DNA of 64,000 nt from NCBI RefSeq assembly GCF_009914755.1, contig NC_060932.1. One strand, given 5' to 3'. The notes beneath the pieces were generated by a model. That model was not told where the DNA came from and did not search any database. It saw only the letters and a list, made by a program, of their open reading frames with translations. This document shows positions 16,930 through 33,099 of this stretch, one piece after another. Each line of letters starts with the position of its first letter. Positions within the stretch are counted from its first letter, which is position 1. This DNA comes from the human T2T-CHM13v2.0 reference genome, Homo sapiens. A program made the position numbers and the translations under genes.

Positions 16930-17235
16930 CCCCTCTTCTGCCAGTTGCCTTCTTAGTCAAGCTCAGAAACAATGAAAATGATGCTGATTCTGGTTTGTTC
17001 GAATGCATTCCAGTTTTGTTTGTTTCCTTTCCTTGAAATAAGGGTTTTCTTCCTTCCTGCTGACCCAGTTGACATGTAGAGACTTTCAGCCACCACCAGA
17101 GGCAGAGAGATAACTTTCCCCAGCTCCTTCACCAATTCCTACAATTGTGTATAGTCTAATCAGTACAATGAATTCTTATATCCCATATTACTTATAGTGT
17201 TCCTGTTTACCGGATTGAATTCTCAACTGATACAG
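16930..17235 (+). mobile_element. ERVL LTR (LTR33-like) 3' part
   Basis: Ends ...ttatagtgttcctgtttaccggattgaattctcaactgataca. Confidence 0.55.
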
Positions 17236-17890
17236 GTGCCTTTTATTTTTTCTCATAGACCTTATGGAACTAGTCCTGAGAGTAGGTAGTTATTTTTTTC
17301 TTTTTTTTTCTCCTGTGGGTTCCAAATTATTCTCTCCATTCTTCTCCAACTTGCCCCAACTCTTGCCATCAGACTCCATCACCCACTACTTTTCATGGTT
17401 ACTATCATCCTGATGCTTTAATTTCTGGTTCACTGTGCCTCTTGTTAATGCCAAGCCCCACTAGCCTCTCTCTCTCTTTCTATGTTTTACTCTCTATCCT
17501 TCTGCCTCTCTCTTACCTGAAATTATTTAAACATTTTATTTGCATTTCTATGTTTTCCTTATCAACATTTACTTTTCAAACCATAAAAGGCACAGGTCAA
17601 AGTGTGCTTTTAAATCAGTTTTGTCATATGTATACACCCATGTTAACATCATCAAATCAAATCTAGAACTTTTGCATTATCTCAGAAAATTCTATCATAT
17701 CCATTTCCAGTCACACTCCACGCCTCTGACCTCAGGAATCAGGTAATAATTCTTCTGATATCTATCACTACAGAGCAGCTTTGCCTATATTTGAAGTTCA
17801 TGTCAATGGACTTATAATGAGATAAATGGCCTCTCTTTTGTGTCTGCATTCTGTCATTCAACATAATTTATAATCCAATGCTCATTCTTG

Positions 17891-18224
17891 GTATGATGGT
17901 TAATTTTATGTGTCAACTTCACTGGTCCACGGGGTGCTTAGATATTTAGTTAAACATTATTCTGGGTGTGTCTGTGAGGGTGTTTCTGGATGAAATTAGC
18001 ATTTGAATTGGTAGACTGAGCTTTCTGCCTATCTTTGAGCTGAGACATCAGTCTTCTCCCTACACCATTAATGTTCTTTTTCCTCCCTGCAGCTTGTCAA
18101 CTGTAGATTCTAAGACTTCTCAGCTTCCATAAGTGTATGAGCCAAATCCTCATTTTACATACATACATACGTACACACACACACATTCTGTATTCTGTTT
18201 CTCTGTAGAACCCAGATGAATACA
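17891..18224 (+). mobile_element. MLT2 (ERVL) LTR with internal deletion
   Basis: tgatggttaattttatgtgtcaact...tctgtttctctgtagaaccc...aataca. Confidence 0.85.
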
Positions 18225-20709
18225 CTTGGCAATTTCAATACCAATATAGATCATATTTCCAGCACTCTATATTTTAAACTCCATTCCTTCAATAATTTTA
18301 TTTTCTAACCCATCTTAGCCATTTATTGTCTTGGTTCAATTGTCTGGCCATCATCATAACCATCATTTTCATATATCCTCTATTACCTTGACTGTCTTTC
18401 ATTGTTGCCAACATTGACAAAGCAGGTGACCTGCAAAAGCAGCTAGAGTCTTTCTCTACGGAGCTGTACACGTATCTGGTGGTGGCCTCTGGTGGTGGCT
18501 GAAAGTCTCTGTATGTCAACTGGGTATTCTATCAAGAATCTTGACAGAAGTTAGTAGATCAAAGGAAATCAGTTTTGTTTTGTTCCGTATCTAATGCAAG
18601 TCTATTGTTTTCAAAAGCCATTATTTTATGTTACTTGTTTTCAACCTAAATTACCACCAAAGGTCCCATAGACTATTTTCCCTCTATAGTCATCACATTT
18701 TTAAAAAATCACCATTGGGATTTTTTAGTCAATCGGAGATCTAACTGCCAATCATAATTTTAGATCATTAAGAACTAGTCACTGTTAACACACAAAAAAG
18801 GAAACCAGCATTTCAGTTGATCTAAGACAGTTTACAAAGAATGATTGTCTCTTATTTGCTTAGCTTTTAAAAATATTGAAAATGATGTAGGCACCAGTTG
18901 AACCTGGTAGATGAATCAAATCTTTTTTAAATTCCCCTTTTAAAACAAACCCTAAAACACTCAGTAAAAACAGCAAATCATTTATAAGTTATTAATCTAC
19001 AAAGAGAAAGAGAATGTGACAGGAAACATCAGTAGATAAATCATTTAGCAAAGTTTCGGAACTTGAAAAGTCCCACGATTTATTTTCTGTTCATGAATAT
19101 TAAGCCTTCAGCACCTGTCAAAATGAAAGAATCTCAGTTTTCTTTCTTTCAACTGGTCACTAGCCTTGGCCTTTTTAACCTTTTTCAAGAGCAACCAAAC
19201 ATAATAACTTTAAATTCTTACAAGGTATAACATAATAACTTTAAATTGTTATAAGGTACAGAAAGTAACTCTTTCTATATAGCTATAATACCAAATAACA
19301 GTTTTCCTTTGTATTCTTGCTATCTTCCTTGACCCACCCAAGTCTAAGACAGACAGTTTATAAAAACTTAGGACACTGTAAACATTTGGCCCCTAGCATC
19401 TCCTTACATCACTTTTGGTATTTCTACACTCCTTCATCCTGACCTTTAACCACAAAAGACTGCAAGGTTTCTCTAACATGTTTTTCCCTTTTGAGGATTT
19501 GCTAACCAATTTTCTCTCTCTGGACTTTCCTTCTCTTTACTTCATAATTTTATCTATGAAAACACTCTCTAGGCTTAAATAAAATGCATCCCTTTTCCAT
19601 GAATCCTTCTTGGAACCCAAAGTTTGGATCAATTGTCCTGTCTTTGATGCACACATGGTACTTTCGCTATACTTCACTTTGGCAATGAGCAAAACTTGAC
19701 ACATGTTGATTACAACAGGAGGTCTTAAGTTACTGGAAAATAAGACAATGCCATATTCATCTTAAATCACTAGTGCCTAAACTACTGTAGCTGCATAGTA
19801 AATGTTTATTGAATCTGGAATCATGGTAGGTTTTCTTTTCATCTTTTCAAATTGGTCACAATGTTTTGGGAATGGGAAAGAAGAAGCTACAATGGTTTAT
19901 GGCAATGGGCTTAACCTGACTCCCACAGGTACTCAAGCAGTTTCGTCAGAGTCTACATATTACTCTCTTCCTGTCCTTCCATCTTTCTTCTCCAACAAAT
20001 GGCAATAGTAATAGTGATAGATAACACTTACTGAGTGCTTAATGTATATCTAACAGGATGCTGATTGCCTTACTTATTTGTTTTCAGTGCTCTTTCAGAA
20101 AGTTTTTACCAAAGTCATACTGGTAGACAGTTAAAAATCAAATTGTATTTGAAAAAGTATTTAATAACACAGTCTCTTATCCTACCTGTGTCCACCTTAG
20201 TTCAGTCTTGATCTCTGGAAGTAACGACTGATAACTTTTAATCTATTCCTTCTGACGTTTACCTTTATGTTTCTAAGTAATATGCTCATTATGTTTTGAT
20301 TCATATATTTTAATCATCTATTGGTTTCCTTTATACAACCATCACTTATGTGTTATCACCATCTATCTATTCAATATACTTATGCTATAACTTTTAGTTG
20401 AAGCAGCAGAGTTTAAATTGTGTTGACAGTGTAAACACTGTTCACGTGTAAGTCAAATTGCAAACTATGATTTTTGTCTTTCTTTGCGCAAGTTTTTGCT
20501 GAAGTCTACAAACTGCTTATTTCTTCACTTGCTTAGTTTTGTGTATATATTCTTATTTTTTCCCAAATGCCCAATTAAATTGTTAAATATCTAAGCAATA
20601 TTTTTTTGAAGTTCAGTTATATCATAGTCCATCTGTTCTATTCACCTTTTTCAGCCCTCAGACTGCTTTTCAGAATGCCATCCTTCTGCAACCATCAGGA
20701 CTAGATTGA

Positions 20710-21078
<369 letters not shown>

Positions 21079-21329
21079 CTTAGATCCCATATTTTTATCA
21101 ATCTTTTCTTTATCCTACATTTTGCAGAAGCTCATCTTTGAGTGCCTTCCCAAAAAGAATGCCAGTGAGTTACTCATTTTACTCCTTACATGTTTGACGA
21201 AGTCTTTATTCTATTTTTTATTTGATCAGTAATTTGGCTGAACTTAGAAACCTTATGATTTTAAAGGTATTTTACTTACAGGGTTAGAGAAATTTAAACC
21301 ATTCTGAGACCCATCCTTGTGTGAAACCA

Positions 21330-21697
21330 ATTACGGGTTTATGTCCACTTTCCCGCCATTTATATGCTGAAGTCTTAAATCCCCAGAACCTCGGAATGTG
21401 AGTGTATTTGGAGGGTTGGGTCTTCAAAGAGGTAATTATATTAAAATGAGATTATTACGGTGGGCCTTAATCTAACATGACAGATGTGGACACAAATACA
21501 TACAGAGGAAAGACCGTGGGAAGACACAAGGACAATATGGCCATCTACAAGCCAAGGAGAGAGGCCTCAGAAGAAACTAACCCTGCCGCCTCCTGTATCT
21601 TAGACTTGTAGGCTTCAGAACTGTGAGAAAATAAATTCTTGTTTGAGCCACCCCGTCTGTGGCACTGTGCTATGGCAGCCCTGGAAAACTAATACTA
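21330..21697 (+). mobile_element. MaLR LTR (MLT1B-like)
   Basis: gccatctacaagccaaggagagaggcctcagaagaaac...aaactaatac. Confidence 0.8.
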
Positions 21698-21811
21698 GAC
21701 ATACTTTTTTTTTCTGGATACTTCTAGGACCTTCTTCTTCTGCCCTATGATCTGAAATTTCTCAATAATATGTATTTTCAATTTAAGTAGGCTTTGCTTC
21801 CTTCAACTTAA

Positions 21812-22321
<510 letters not shown>

Positions 22322-22429
22322 TTCTGTAGAAAAGAACACACCGTTTATTTATCCTGTCCACTGCTCGCTTCAGACTAGAGTCAAATGAGGCACACATGCT
22401 TCCAGCAAAAGAAAGCCATGAATACAATA

Positions 22430-22735
22430 GGGTAGAGGTTAATAGTGTAGGCCTCAGAGCCAGACTGCCTGGGTTCAAATGCTGGTTCTGTCACTTGCCA
22501 GCTGAGTAATTTTGAGAGCCTCCGTTTCCTCAGTTACAAAATAAAGATCGCTGGAGATCCTACCTCATAGACATTGACAGTGCAGTTTAACTTATTGACA
22601 TAGACTTCTAAAACCTCATAGAGGTTTTGTGAGATTTTAATAAATTAGTCCATTAAACTACTGAGTGTAATGCCTAGCACAAAATAGGCGTAAACACCCA
22701 ACAAGGGAAAGTTGTTGTTAGTATTAGTTACCATC
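22430..22735 (+). mobile_element. MIR, interrupted at 22572-22622 by a short insertion
   Basis: gagccagactgcctgggttcaaat...cctccgtttcctca...tacctcatag...ttttgtgaga MIR core. Confidence 0.8.
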
Positions 22736-22760
22736 ATTATCATTAACATCAGTTCATTAA

Positions 22761-23201
<441 letters not shown>

Positions 23202-23837
23202 AATTTTGCGTCTTTCTTTCCGTAATTCATGTATTTTCTATTTCAAATGAGGTGCGGGCTTCCTAAACAATACTGTATCAACATCTATTAAACATTAACC
23301 AAAATAATAAAAATATTGCTGCCAAATGGCAGGAATCTAGAAATTCCACCTCCCACATTGTAAAAATATGACAGATTGCCCTCCATCCGCCACTTGGAAT
23401 AAATCATCTGTCATCCATATGAGAACTGGCTTTACTTCATGACTGTTTTCACAGATGACTCAGGTTATTTGCCGCAGCAACTTCTGGATGATCAAATATT
23501 TTAGGAATGATCCTTCCAAACAAGAAGGCTTTGTCAATAAGTTAAACTGCACTGTCAATTGTCAAAAAGAAAAAAACCCAGAATGCTGTTCTGATGGCCA
23601 GACTTTTCATGTGTTATAATGGCATTGTGCCAAGTCTTGTCATTTTTCAGGTTTGTACTTAATGTACTATGTCTATTCCTTTTTCAGTTAATTTGAGTGT
23701 TAATTGCTGTTGCATAACCTTAGCACCATTTTTATTCCTGTTGGTAAAATCTCCAGCAGGGAACATGTGTACGTTTTTTATTGTGTTTTCTGTTGCCATA
23801 CTAGTTGAATCTTCCGATTCCATAGTTTCCTTTACTA

Positions 23838-23995
23838 CAGTATGTCCCAAGCTTGTCTGTCCTAAGAATCACCAACTGAAAATAGAAATACCCAGGCTTC
23901 TCCCTGGAGAATCTGATTCAGCAGGTCTGAAGTGGGGTCAGAGAAACTGCATTTTTAACTGATGAATACTATAATCAGGCAGAATGGGAGCACTA
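23838..23995. mobile_element. MER5-family hAT MITE
   Basis: agaatcacc...tctgattcagcaggtctgaagtgggg...tgcatttttaac. Confidence 0.6.
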
Positions 23996-24427
23996 CTTTA
24001 TAATTGTAAAGTTAAAATGTATTTTTTTTCTGTTTTTTTTAGTTTTAAACCCTACAGAGTAAGCGACAATTCCTAGTGAATACATGAAAAAATTCAATAG
24101 TCTTCCATAGTTGAGAGAATATTTCTTTCCCTGTACTTGGATACAGAATCTCTGTAAAATCCTAAGGAACATATTCTTGCCCAATCTGGTCATACAAACA
24201 TACAATAGGATACAGTGATTAGGCTAAAAGCAATTTTTAAAAATCTATTTTACTGACTCTTGATCCCTGTTCACAGCACCCTGGTGTGCTAGTGTTTGTT
24301 TGCAGTAGTTTCTAGATGAGAGATTTTGCATCAGTGATTGTAAACCTGCCTTGACGGGAGACTATTATAAGAGAGGATGAAAAAGAGAGTGACTTCCACA
24401 TCATACCAGAACACACAGTATATTATC

Positions 24428-25438
24428 TGCTGGGGCTTAGAAAACAGTACCCCAAAATAAAGGCCTCCAAAGCAGCCTCTGAAGCAAAAGTTTTTCTCTG
24501 AGCTTCCCCTGCCCTCCTCTCTCTCAGTCCCACTCTCCCCTGAGGCTAGTTCTAGAAACTAAATCCCTCTTTAACAAGGTGGATCATAGAAACCAGAATC
24601 CCTTTTCCCCAAAGTCAGCCATAAAACCTGAAAACATTACTGTAACTTTCACTCCACATTTCTGTGTAAAAACGGACCTTCTAAAGGAATTATCTGACCT
24701 AACTTGTTTGACTGTACATCATATGACCCCTTGTATTAGCTCATTTTCATGCTGTTATGAAGAAATACCAAGACTGGGTAATTTGTAAAGAAAAGGAGGT
24801 TTAATGGACTCACAGTTCCACATGGCTGGGGAGGCCTCACAATCATGGCAGGAGGCAAGGGAGGAGCAAAGACACGCCTTACATGGTGGCAGGCAAGAGA
24901 ATGTGTGCAGGGGAAGTGCCTTTATAAAATCATCGGATCTTGTGAGACTTATTCACTATCACGAGAACAGCGCAGGAAAAACCCGTCCCCATGATTCAGT
25001 TACCTCCCACCAAGTCCCTCCCACAACACGTGAGGATTATAGGAGCTACAATTCAAGATGAGATTTCGGTGGGTCAAACCAAATCACAGCCATTCCAGAA
25101 AGGGCCCTGCCCCTTACCCGGAAGGAAGGAATGCATGCTCAGAGAAGCCAGGAAGAATGTAGACAGACAGGCCTTGCTGCATTTCCTGTCTTGGTCGGCT
25201 AGGCTTAGATCATGCCCTTTTTGTCCGGTCATATTTCTAGATGGCTGTTTATGCTTTGTTTAACTTAAACATGAAAATGGACAATTTCCTCTGTATCTTT
25301 GGGTCTTCATTTTGAAGGCTCCCATGTATACATATGAAATAACTTTGTATGTTTTTTCTCCAATTAACTTGCCTTCTGTAAGTTGATTTTTTTGGCCAGC
25401 CTTCAGAGGGCCAAGGGGAGCTCCCCCTTGCCCTCCAT
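24428..25438 (+). mobile_element. ERV1 LTR (MER39-like) interrupted by THE1
   Basis: tgctggggcttagaaaacagtaccccaaa...gccagccttcagagggccaagggg. Confidence 0.65.
24732..25086 (-). mobile_element. THE1 (MaLR) solo LTR
   Basis: tgtattag...ggtttaatggactcacagttccacatggctggggaggcctcacaatcatggc...caattcaagatgagattt. Confidence 0.9.
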
Positions 25439-26229
25439 AGTCCAAACTATAGAGGAACTTGGCTCTGCATTCATTAAAAGAAACAAAGTGACATTGTTCC
25501 TGTATTTTACATTTAAAAACATGGTTTGTCCTGTTGCATATTTTAATTCCTTGGCCTCAGGGTCCTTTTTAATTAGAGGAAGAGGAAAGTTACTTATTAT
25601 TATTTTTTCAGCTATCTCTCATATATACAACTTTGATCCCTTTATAGTTCATGCCTTATCAAAATCCTCTTAATAAAGAACTGCACAGTTGAAAGTGGAA
25701 TATTTGCTAAAAGGCAGATAGTTAACTGGAAAAATACATGGAAAAGCATCTTTTTTTGTATTTTTCAGATTCTAGCTAATTTCTATAATTAAGGAAAATC
25801 AGGAGTCTCTGCCTTTTTTGAGTTTTATCAATTTTTAAATGTTAATTAAAGGTCTTCTAAAGTCAAAAGAATCTATAAAGATGTAAATCAGGATGATTTC
25901 GGAAACCTCCCATATACAAAATATGTTATACAAAATACAAAATACAAAAATATGTTATGAGCACTAAGTATTGAGAACTTGATAGGTATTGGAAATTCAA
26001 CTAATAGAAGTCTTTGTACTCTTTAACAGTCTACTTGGGAAAAGAGAGAGAGAGGATGATGTAAGGAAAAAACTATAGTTAAATAAAAAAAAGGCAAAGT
26101 GAACAAAAAAAGATTAATGGCCTCCCCAAGAGGTACAGTCAGATGGAAAGGAGTGAAGGTGGGCACATTTAAATAGAGGAGGTAAAACTTGAGCCAAAAT
26201 AACAAAAGATGAGTCAAAACTTGCTCTGA

Positions 26230-26565
26230 GGCCAGATGCAGTAGCTCAGGCCTGTAATCCCAGCACTTTGGGAGGCCGAAGTGGGTGGATCACTTGAAGC
26301 CAGGAGTTCACGGCCAGCCTGGTCAACATGGTGAAACCCGTCTCTACTAAAAATACAAAAATTAGCCAGGTGTGGTGGTGTGCCTATAGTCCCAGCTACT
26401 CAGGAACGTGAGGCAGGAGAATCTGCATGAATCCGGGAGGCAGAGGTTGCAGTGAGCCGATTTCACGCCACTGCATTCTGGCCTGGGTGATAGGGTGGGA
26501 CTCTGTCTAACAACAATGACAACAAAAACAAAAAACAAAACAAAACCTTGCTCTGGACAAATTAT
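26230..26565 (+). mobile_element. Alu
   Basis: Full Alu; TSD aaaac(c)ttgctctg. Confidence 0.95.
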
Positions 26566-26708
26566 GGGTAATAAAAAATTTTGTTGGATGTGATATCCTA
26601 TTAACTGAGGTGAAGAACAAGAGAAATGAATGACAAGATCTCAGGGAGGGAGAAAGGACATTGGATTTAGAGAGATTATAGATAAATGTCTAGGTAACTT
26701 TGAGGTAG

Positions 26709-27034
<326 letters not shown>

Positions 27035-27599
27035 GAAGCTTCCTTTTTAAGTGGAATAGGAAAAAAAGTAGGCATTAATAAAGATAACAAAAACCAAAGT
27101 GTATTGAGCTTACTCTGCTACTCACTCTGTCAACAGCTTGTAATATATTACCTTAATTCTTCCATGTAGGGTTGGCATTATTACTGTCTCCAGTTTACCA
27201 AATAGGAATTTGAAAGTTTAGAAAGTTATATAACTGTCTCAGGTTCCAGAAGTTGCGCCTGGTAGAGTTATAATTCAAGATAAGATCTTCAGCTCAGAAT
27301 GAGAGGGAAGTGTTGAAGGGTGTGAATGAACTGCTTTGAGGAATGAGAGAAGAAGCTGAGGGGGAGAGAGAAAAAAGAATAGCTGAGGAACAGTAAGGAC
27401 CCAAGTAAGGATGCAGTCTTTTGCTCTGCTAAGAATCCACATTGTTTTCCAACAACAGAGTACAGAAGAGCAAATATTGGAGATGATAGTCTTTTCTTCT
27501 TTCTTGATGCTCTTGTCAATAAATTAAACCACAGCCATCTAAGTTAGTTTCCTTAACTTTTTTAACTGAATGCTACGTGAAATTCAAAATCATAATAAA

Positions 27600-27891
<292 letters not shown>

Positions 27892-28204
27892 TCATAATAA
27901 AATAGCACAGAAACATTGGATTAAGTATTAGCGTGACAAATTTGTAGTCTTAACTGTAGCTTTGTACTTCTTAATATTTTGGACTTTACCTATTCATCTC
28001 TAAATGCAGATGATTTTGAAGCTCATATTACATCCCTATCCATTAACTGGCCTAATACAATAATCTGTAAGTGAGATGAATGTGAATCTATGAGGAGACT
28101 GTTTTCTTGCATATTAGTTGACCAAAATATGTATTTTTGAAATTTTAATAAGTTATTTCCCCAGTTATCTAATGCTTACCAGGAGAATCCAGAAAGCTTT
28201 GGTT

Positions 28205-28409
28205 GGCCTAGGCAGGAGTATTGCTTGGGGCCAAGAGTTTGAGAGCAGCCTGAGCCACATAGCAAGACCTCATCTCTACAAAAAATAAAAAGAAAAATAG
28301 CGAGCCATGGAGGTGCACAACTGTAGTCCTAGCTCCCTGGGAGGCTGAGGGGGAAGAATTGTTTGAGCCCAAGAGTTCAAGGTTACAGTGAGCTATGATC
28401 ACACCACTG
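28205..28409 (+). mobile_element. AluJ fragment
   Basis: Partial left and right arms, truncated at caccactg. Confidence 0.75.
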
Positions 28410-30465
28410 AAGAAAGATCTAAAATCAGTGCCTTTAGATTAATACATTTGCAAATCTGGAAAATGAAAAGCAAATTAAAGCCAAAAGAAGGAGAAAAATA
28501 GATACAATCAAAGTGGAAACCAATGCAATAGAAAACCTAAAAGAAAAAAGGGAAAAAGAAAAGAATTGGTAAAACCAGAAGCTGGTTCTTTATGAGATCA
28601 ATACAATTGATAAAGTTCTAAAAAGACTGATCAGGGAAAGAAGAGAGGGTACAATTACCAATATCAGACATGAGAGCAATGACATCACTACAGAAATTAC
28701 AGGTGCTAAAGTGATAATGAGGAAATATTATATATAAATGCATGCAGTAAATTCACAACTTATGTGAAATACACAAATACATAAAAGATAATTACGGGAG
28801 CTCACCCAGGAAGAATCAGACAACCCCAACACTATATATATTTTTTTAAATATCAGTTTGTAGTTAAAAACCTTCCCACACAGAAAACTCCAGGCCCAGA
28901 TGGCTCTCTTGATAAATCTGATCAAACATTTGAGGAGGAGATGACACCAATTTTACACAAACTGTTCCTGAAAATTTAAGAGCGGGGAATGCTTTCTTAT
29001 TCCATGAAGTCAGTGTTACTCTCATTACAAAACCAAGATACTATTTAAAAAAAAAACAGAAAGACAAATATCCCTCATGACTATGGACACAAACATTCGA
29101 AACAAAATGTTAGCAAATTTAATTTAACAGTGTATGGAATCACTTTAAAATTGGCAGAGGGCTCATGTGTAGAATGCAAGATTGGTTTACTTGTTGAAAA
29201 ATCAGTGAATGCCATTTACCTTATTAGCAAACTAAAAAGGAAAACCATTTATTGATTTCCATACAAGCAGAAAAATGTTTTGGAAAATTCAAGATCCACT
29301 GCGGATAAAACATTTGGCAAGCTAGGAATAGAAGATAACGTCCTCTACCCGATAAAGGACACCCCCCAAAAAACAAAACCCAAAACTTAAAACTAATACC
29401 AAACTTAATGGTGAAAACATGAATGCTTTCTCCCATAAGTTCAAATACAGGTCAAGAAGGTTCACTCTTACTACTCCTATTCAGTATAGTGCTGGAATGA
29501 ATTTCTCTCCAGTAGAAGGAGGGAGGAAGGGAAGAAAGGAAGGAGGAAGGAAGGGAGGGAGGGAGGTGAGGAAAGGAAATCCAGATTGGAATAGAAGAAA
29601 GAGAAAGCAAAACTGTAGTTTTGGTAGATGATATGATTATGCATATAAATAGAAAATGTGATGGAATATACAAAATAGTTACTAGAAATATGTGAATTTA
29701 GCAAGGTTGAAGAACTCAAAGTCAATATACAAAAATGTATTGTATTTCTCTATATTAGCAATGAACAGTCAGAACCTTAAATTTTAAACACAATACCACC
29801 AATTATAATAGCACCAAAAATACTAAATACAGATAAATTTGATAAAAGGTGTATAAGAAAGGACTGGGTGCAGTAGCTCACGCCTGTAATTCCAGCACTT
29901 TGGGAGGCCAAGATGGGCAGATCACTTGAGGTCAGGAGTTTGAGAGCAGCCTGGCCAATATGGTAAAACCCCAACTCTTCTAAAAATAAAAGAATTAGCC
30001 GGGCGTGGTGGTGGGTGCCTATAATCCCAGATACTTGGGAGGCTGAGGAAGGAAGAACTGATTGAACCTGGGAGGCGAACATTGCAGTGAGCCAAGATTG
30101 CGCCACTGTACTCCAGCCTGGGCGACAGAGCAACACAGTCTCAAAAAAAAAAAGAGGTACTAAATGAATGGAGCATGGATCAGTAGACTCAATATTACAA
30201 AGATATCAATTGATCCTAAATTTATCTATAGATTCAATACAATCCCCATCAAAGTTCTAGTAAGCGTGTTTAGAAATTGACAAGCTGATTCTAAAGTTCA
30301 TATGGAAATGCAAAGAACCTAGAAGATCCAGAACACCTTTGAAAAAGAGGAACAATGTTGGAAGACTTGTACTACGTAATTTCAAAACTTACTATAAAGC
30401 TATAATAATTGAAACTGTGATATTTGTAAAAAGTTAGAGAAATAGATTAATGAAACAGGAGAGCG
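28410..30465 (+). mobile_element. Old L1 (L1M) ORF2 remnant, interrupted by (GGAA)n at ~29515-29580 and an Alu at 29861-30152
   Basis: A-rich L1 ORF2 words: aaaactccaggcccagatggc, tattcagtatagtgctggaa, tatagattcaatacaatccccatcaaa, tactataaagctata. Confidence 0.85.
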
Positions 30466-30469
30466 ATAC

Positions 30470-31260
30470 TCTAGATATTTCTGTGAATGTGTTTTTTAGA
30501 TGAGATTAACAATTAAATTGGTGGACTTTGAGTAAAGCAGGTTACTCACCATAACGAGGGTGGGCCTCACCCATTCCATTGAAGGTTTTAACAGAAGAAA
30601 AACTGACCTCCCCTGAACAAGAAGGAATTCTGCCAGCTGACTGCCTTTGGGCCAGAACTGCACCTCTTCCTGAGTCTCCTGTCTGCTAGTCTACTCCATC
30701 AGATTTTGGACTGCCCAACCCTCCACAAACATGTGAACTAATTCTTTAACAATAAATGTTTCTCTGGCTGGGCACGGTGGCTCACACCTGTAATCCCAGC
30801 ACTTTGGGAAGCTGAGGTGGGCAGATCACTTGAGTTCAGCAGTTTGAGACCAGCCTGGGCAACATGGGAAAACCCCGTCTCTACTAAAAATACAAAAATT
30901 AGCTTGGCATGGTGGTACACACCTATAATTCCAGCTAGATGGGAGGCTGAGGCAGGAGAGTTGCTTGAACCCGGGAGGGAGAGGTTGCAGTGAGCTGAGA
31001 TTGCAGCACTGCATTACAGCCTGGGCAACAGAACAAGACTCTGTTTCAGTCAACCAATCAATCAATCAATCAATCAATAAATCCCATTCTGTCTTGGGGT
31101 GTGTGTGTGTGTATATATATTTGTGTGTGTGTGTATATATATGTGTGTATATATATATATATACACACAATTCTCTCGGTGTATATATATGTATCTATAT
31201 ATATAATCATATATATATATATATATGATTCTTTTTCTCTGGAAAATTCTCACTCATACA
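30470..31260 (+). mobile_element. MLT2 LTR containing an Alu (30766-31081) and a (TG/TA)n microsatellite (31098-31226)
   Basis: gatgagattaac...gagtaaagcag...gggtgggcctca...tctctggaaaattctcactcataca. Confidence 0.85.
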
Positions 31261-33099
31261 TAAGTCAAATTTTTTTCCCAGATTGCATGCTGCACGTTTA
31301 ACCCCATATATTCAAGAAGTTAGGAATTACAATTGTAACGTTACCAAAATTATTACTCGAAAAATTAATCTAGCCACCTAAACAGTAAATGAAAATAACT
31401 CACAAATGAGTGTGACATCATATACAAAAAATTGATTATGATAAATATCTCTAAAACATAAGATTAAGGCTAACCAACTTGGTAGCTACAAATGTAGTAT
31501 AATTGCTGTAATTCATAAAAGAAACCACACAGTAGATAAGCAACTTGACTATAGTCATGGGTAAAAAAAACTTACTCATAAAAAATAATTTTTTAAATGA
31601 CCATTAATGAGGAGATGGAAGTTGCTGGTTGGAAGTAAATTTTTCATTTTATCTTTCCTAGGGATATTTGCTGGATATAAATTGAGAACTGCAGACTGTA
31701 ATTTAAAAACATGAAGGCAAAATCTAATCTAATTTAATACAAGATTATATTCAAAGTTTTCAGGAACTGCTTGTAAAACTGAGTCAAGAGGCAAAGAAAA
31801 AATATAACTAAACTTAGGTCCTTTTTAGACTCAAGAACGTAATTGAGAATCTTGATGCTGTCTTAGTGACGGTAGATTTAATGGTGGTCAAGTGCTTTGT
31901 TTTAGGAAAAAAACTCATCTTAGATAAATGAGTTACAGTCGTTTTGGGTAAAGTCTGGTGTGTTACCTGGGTCTACACACATTTTCGCTTCCAGTCATAA
32001 GCAGCAGGTTGGCTCTGGGGACAGAGGAGGCGTCTCAGGTACGTGACAAAACTCTCATAGGAGCCAACTGCACTTATATCTCACCAGAGTCAATGAGCAA
32101 GCTCCTTCTCTTTTCAGTCTAACTTTTACTTGCTCCCAAATTTTTCCACCTTTAGTCTGTCCTCCATCTCCTTTGCCTCATGCCTCAGCTTCTCTTCCTC
32201 TCCCTTCTTCCTCTTCCCACCTTCATGCTCTCAGCTCCCTTCCCCTTCTTCTTTACATACAATAAAGCCCCTCTTACAGCCTAAAGGAACATAACCAGTA
32301 CTTTTCATCCTAGGAACGTCAAGGTCCCTTCTATGCGCCACCACTTCCCAAATATGCATTAACAAAGAGAGGTGCTTTCTGTTAGTGTAAAGTCTAGCTG
32401 GATTTAATGTAATGTCATTTACGCGGCATTACTTAAGGGAGTGTTGTGCTCTAGTAATTACGTAGATACCCAGATCTGGTTTGTTTGTGTGTATTATGAG
32501 TGAATGATGAAAGCATCATTAGGTCTAAGCTGACAAAATAGATGTTTTATTTCAAAATAGAATTTAGATTTGTGGTAGTAATTTATTTTTATATTTTAGG
32601 TATGTTTTCATAACATTGTGCAAAGAATGAAGTTGAGCAAGAAAATTAATAGGGATACAGAAACTTGCTCATGATTACAAAGCATATAAAATAAAATATA
32701 TTTCTTTGGATGCTGTAATACTTTAAAAAATTTGAAGTATAAAAACCAAAAATAGAAGTTTGTGAAATCTGAACTGTAGACTTACCTTACAATCATGCTG
32801 AAAACGGAACTCCGCTTCTTCACAGCCCAGAGTTTCATGCCTCGTGCATATTCTAGATGCATAATTGCAATGTCTTGTGTTGTTTTGGTTTGGCTTTTGA
32901 TATGGAAGAGCCTACTACATTTGTTAATGAAACTATCTTTACAATTATGTTTTAGTGTTAGTATGTTTTAATATTCACTTTATTTATTTTATGAAGACAC
33001 ATCAAAGTAATCACAGAAGATGGTGCTCATGAGCCCTTTGGAATTAGTCTGTGGCATCAGGTGGACCTCAGTTCAGAATTATGACTCAGCCACTCGCTA

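Noticed and set aside
32100-32500. Polypyrimidine stretch followed by a TAAT/ATTA-rich segment resembling an enhancer
   Set aside because: Cannot be distinguished from background without conservation or chromatin data.
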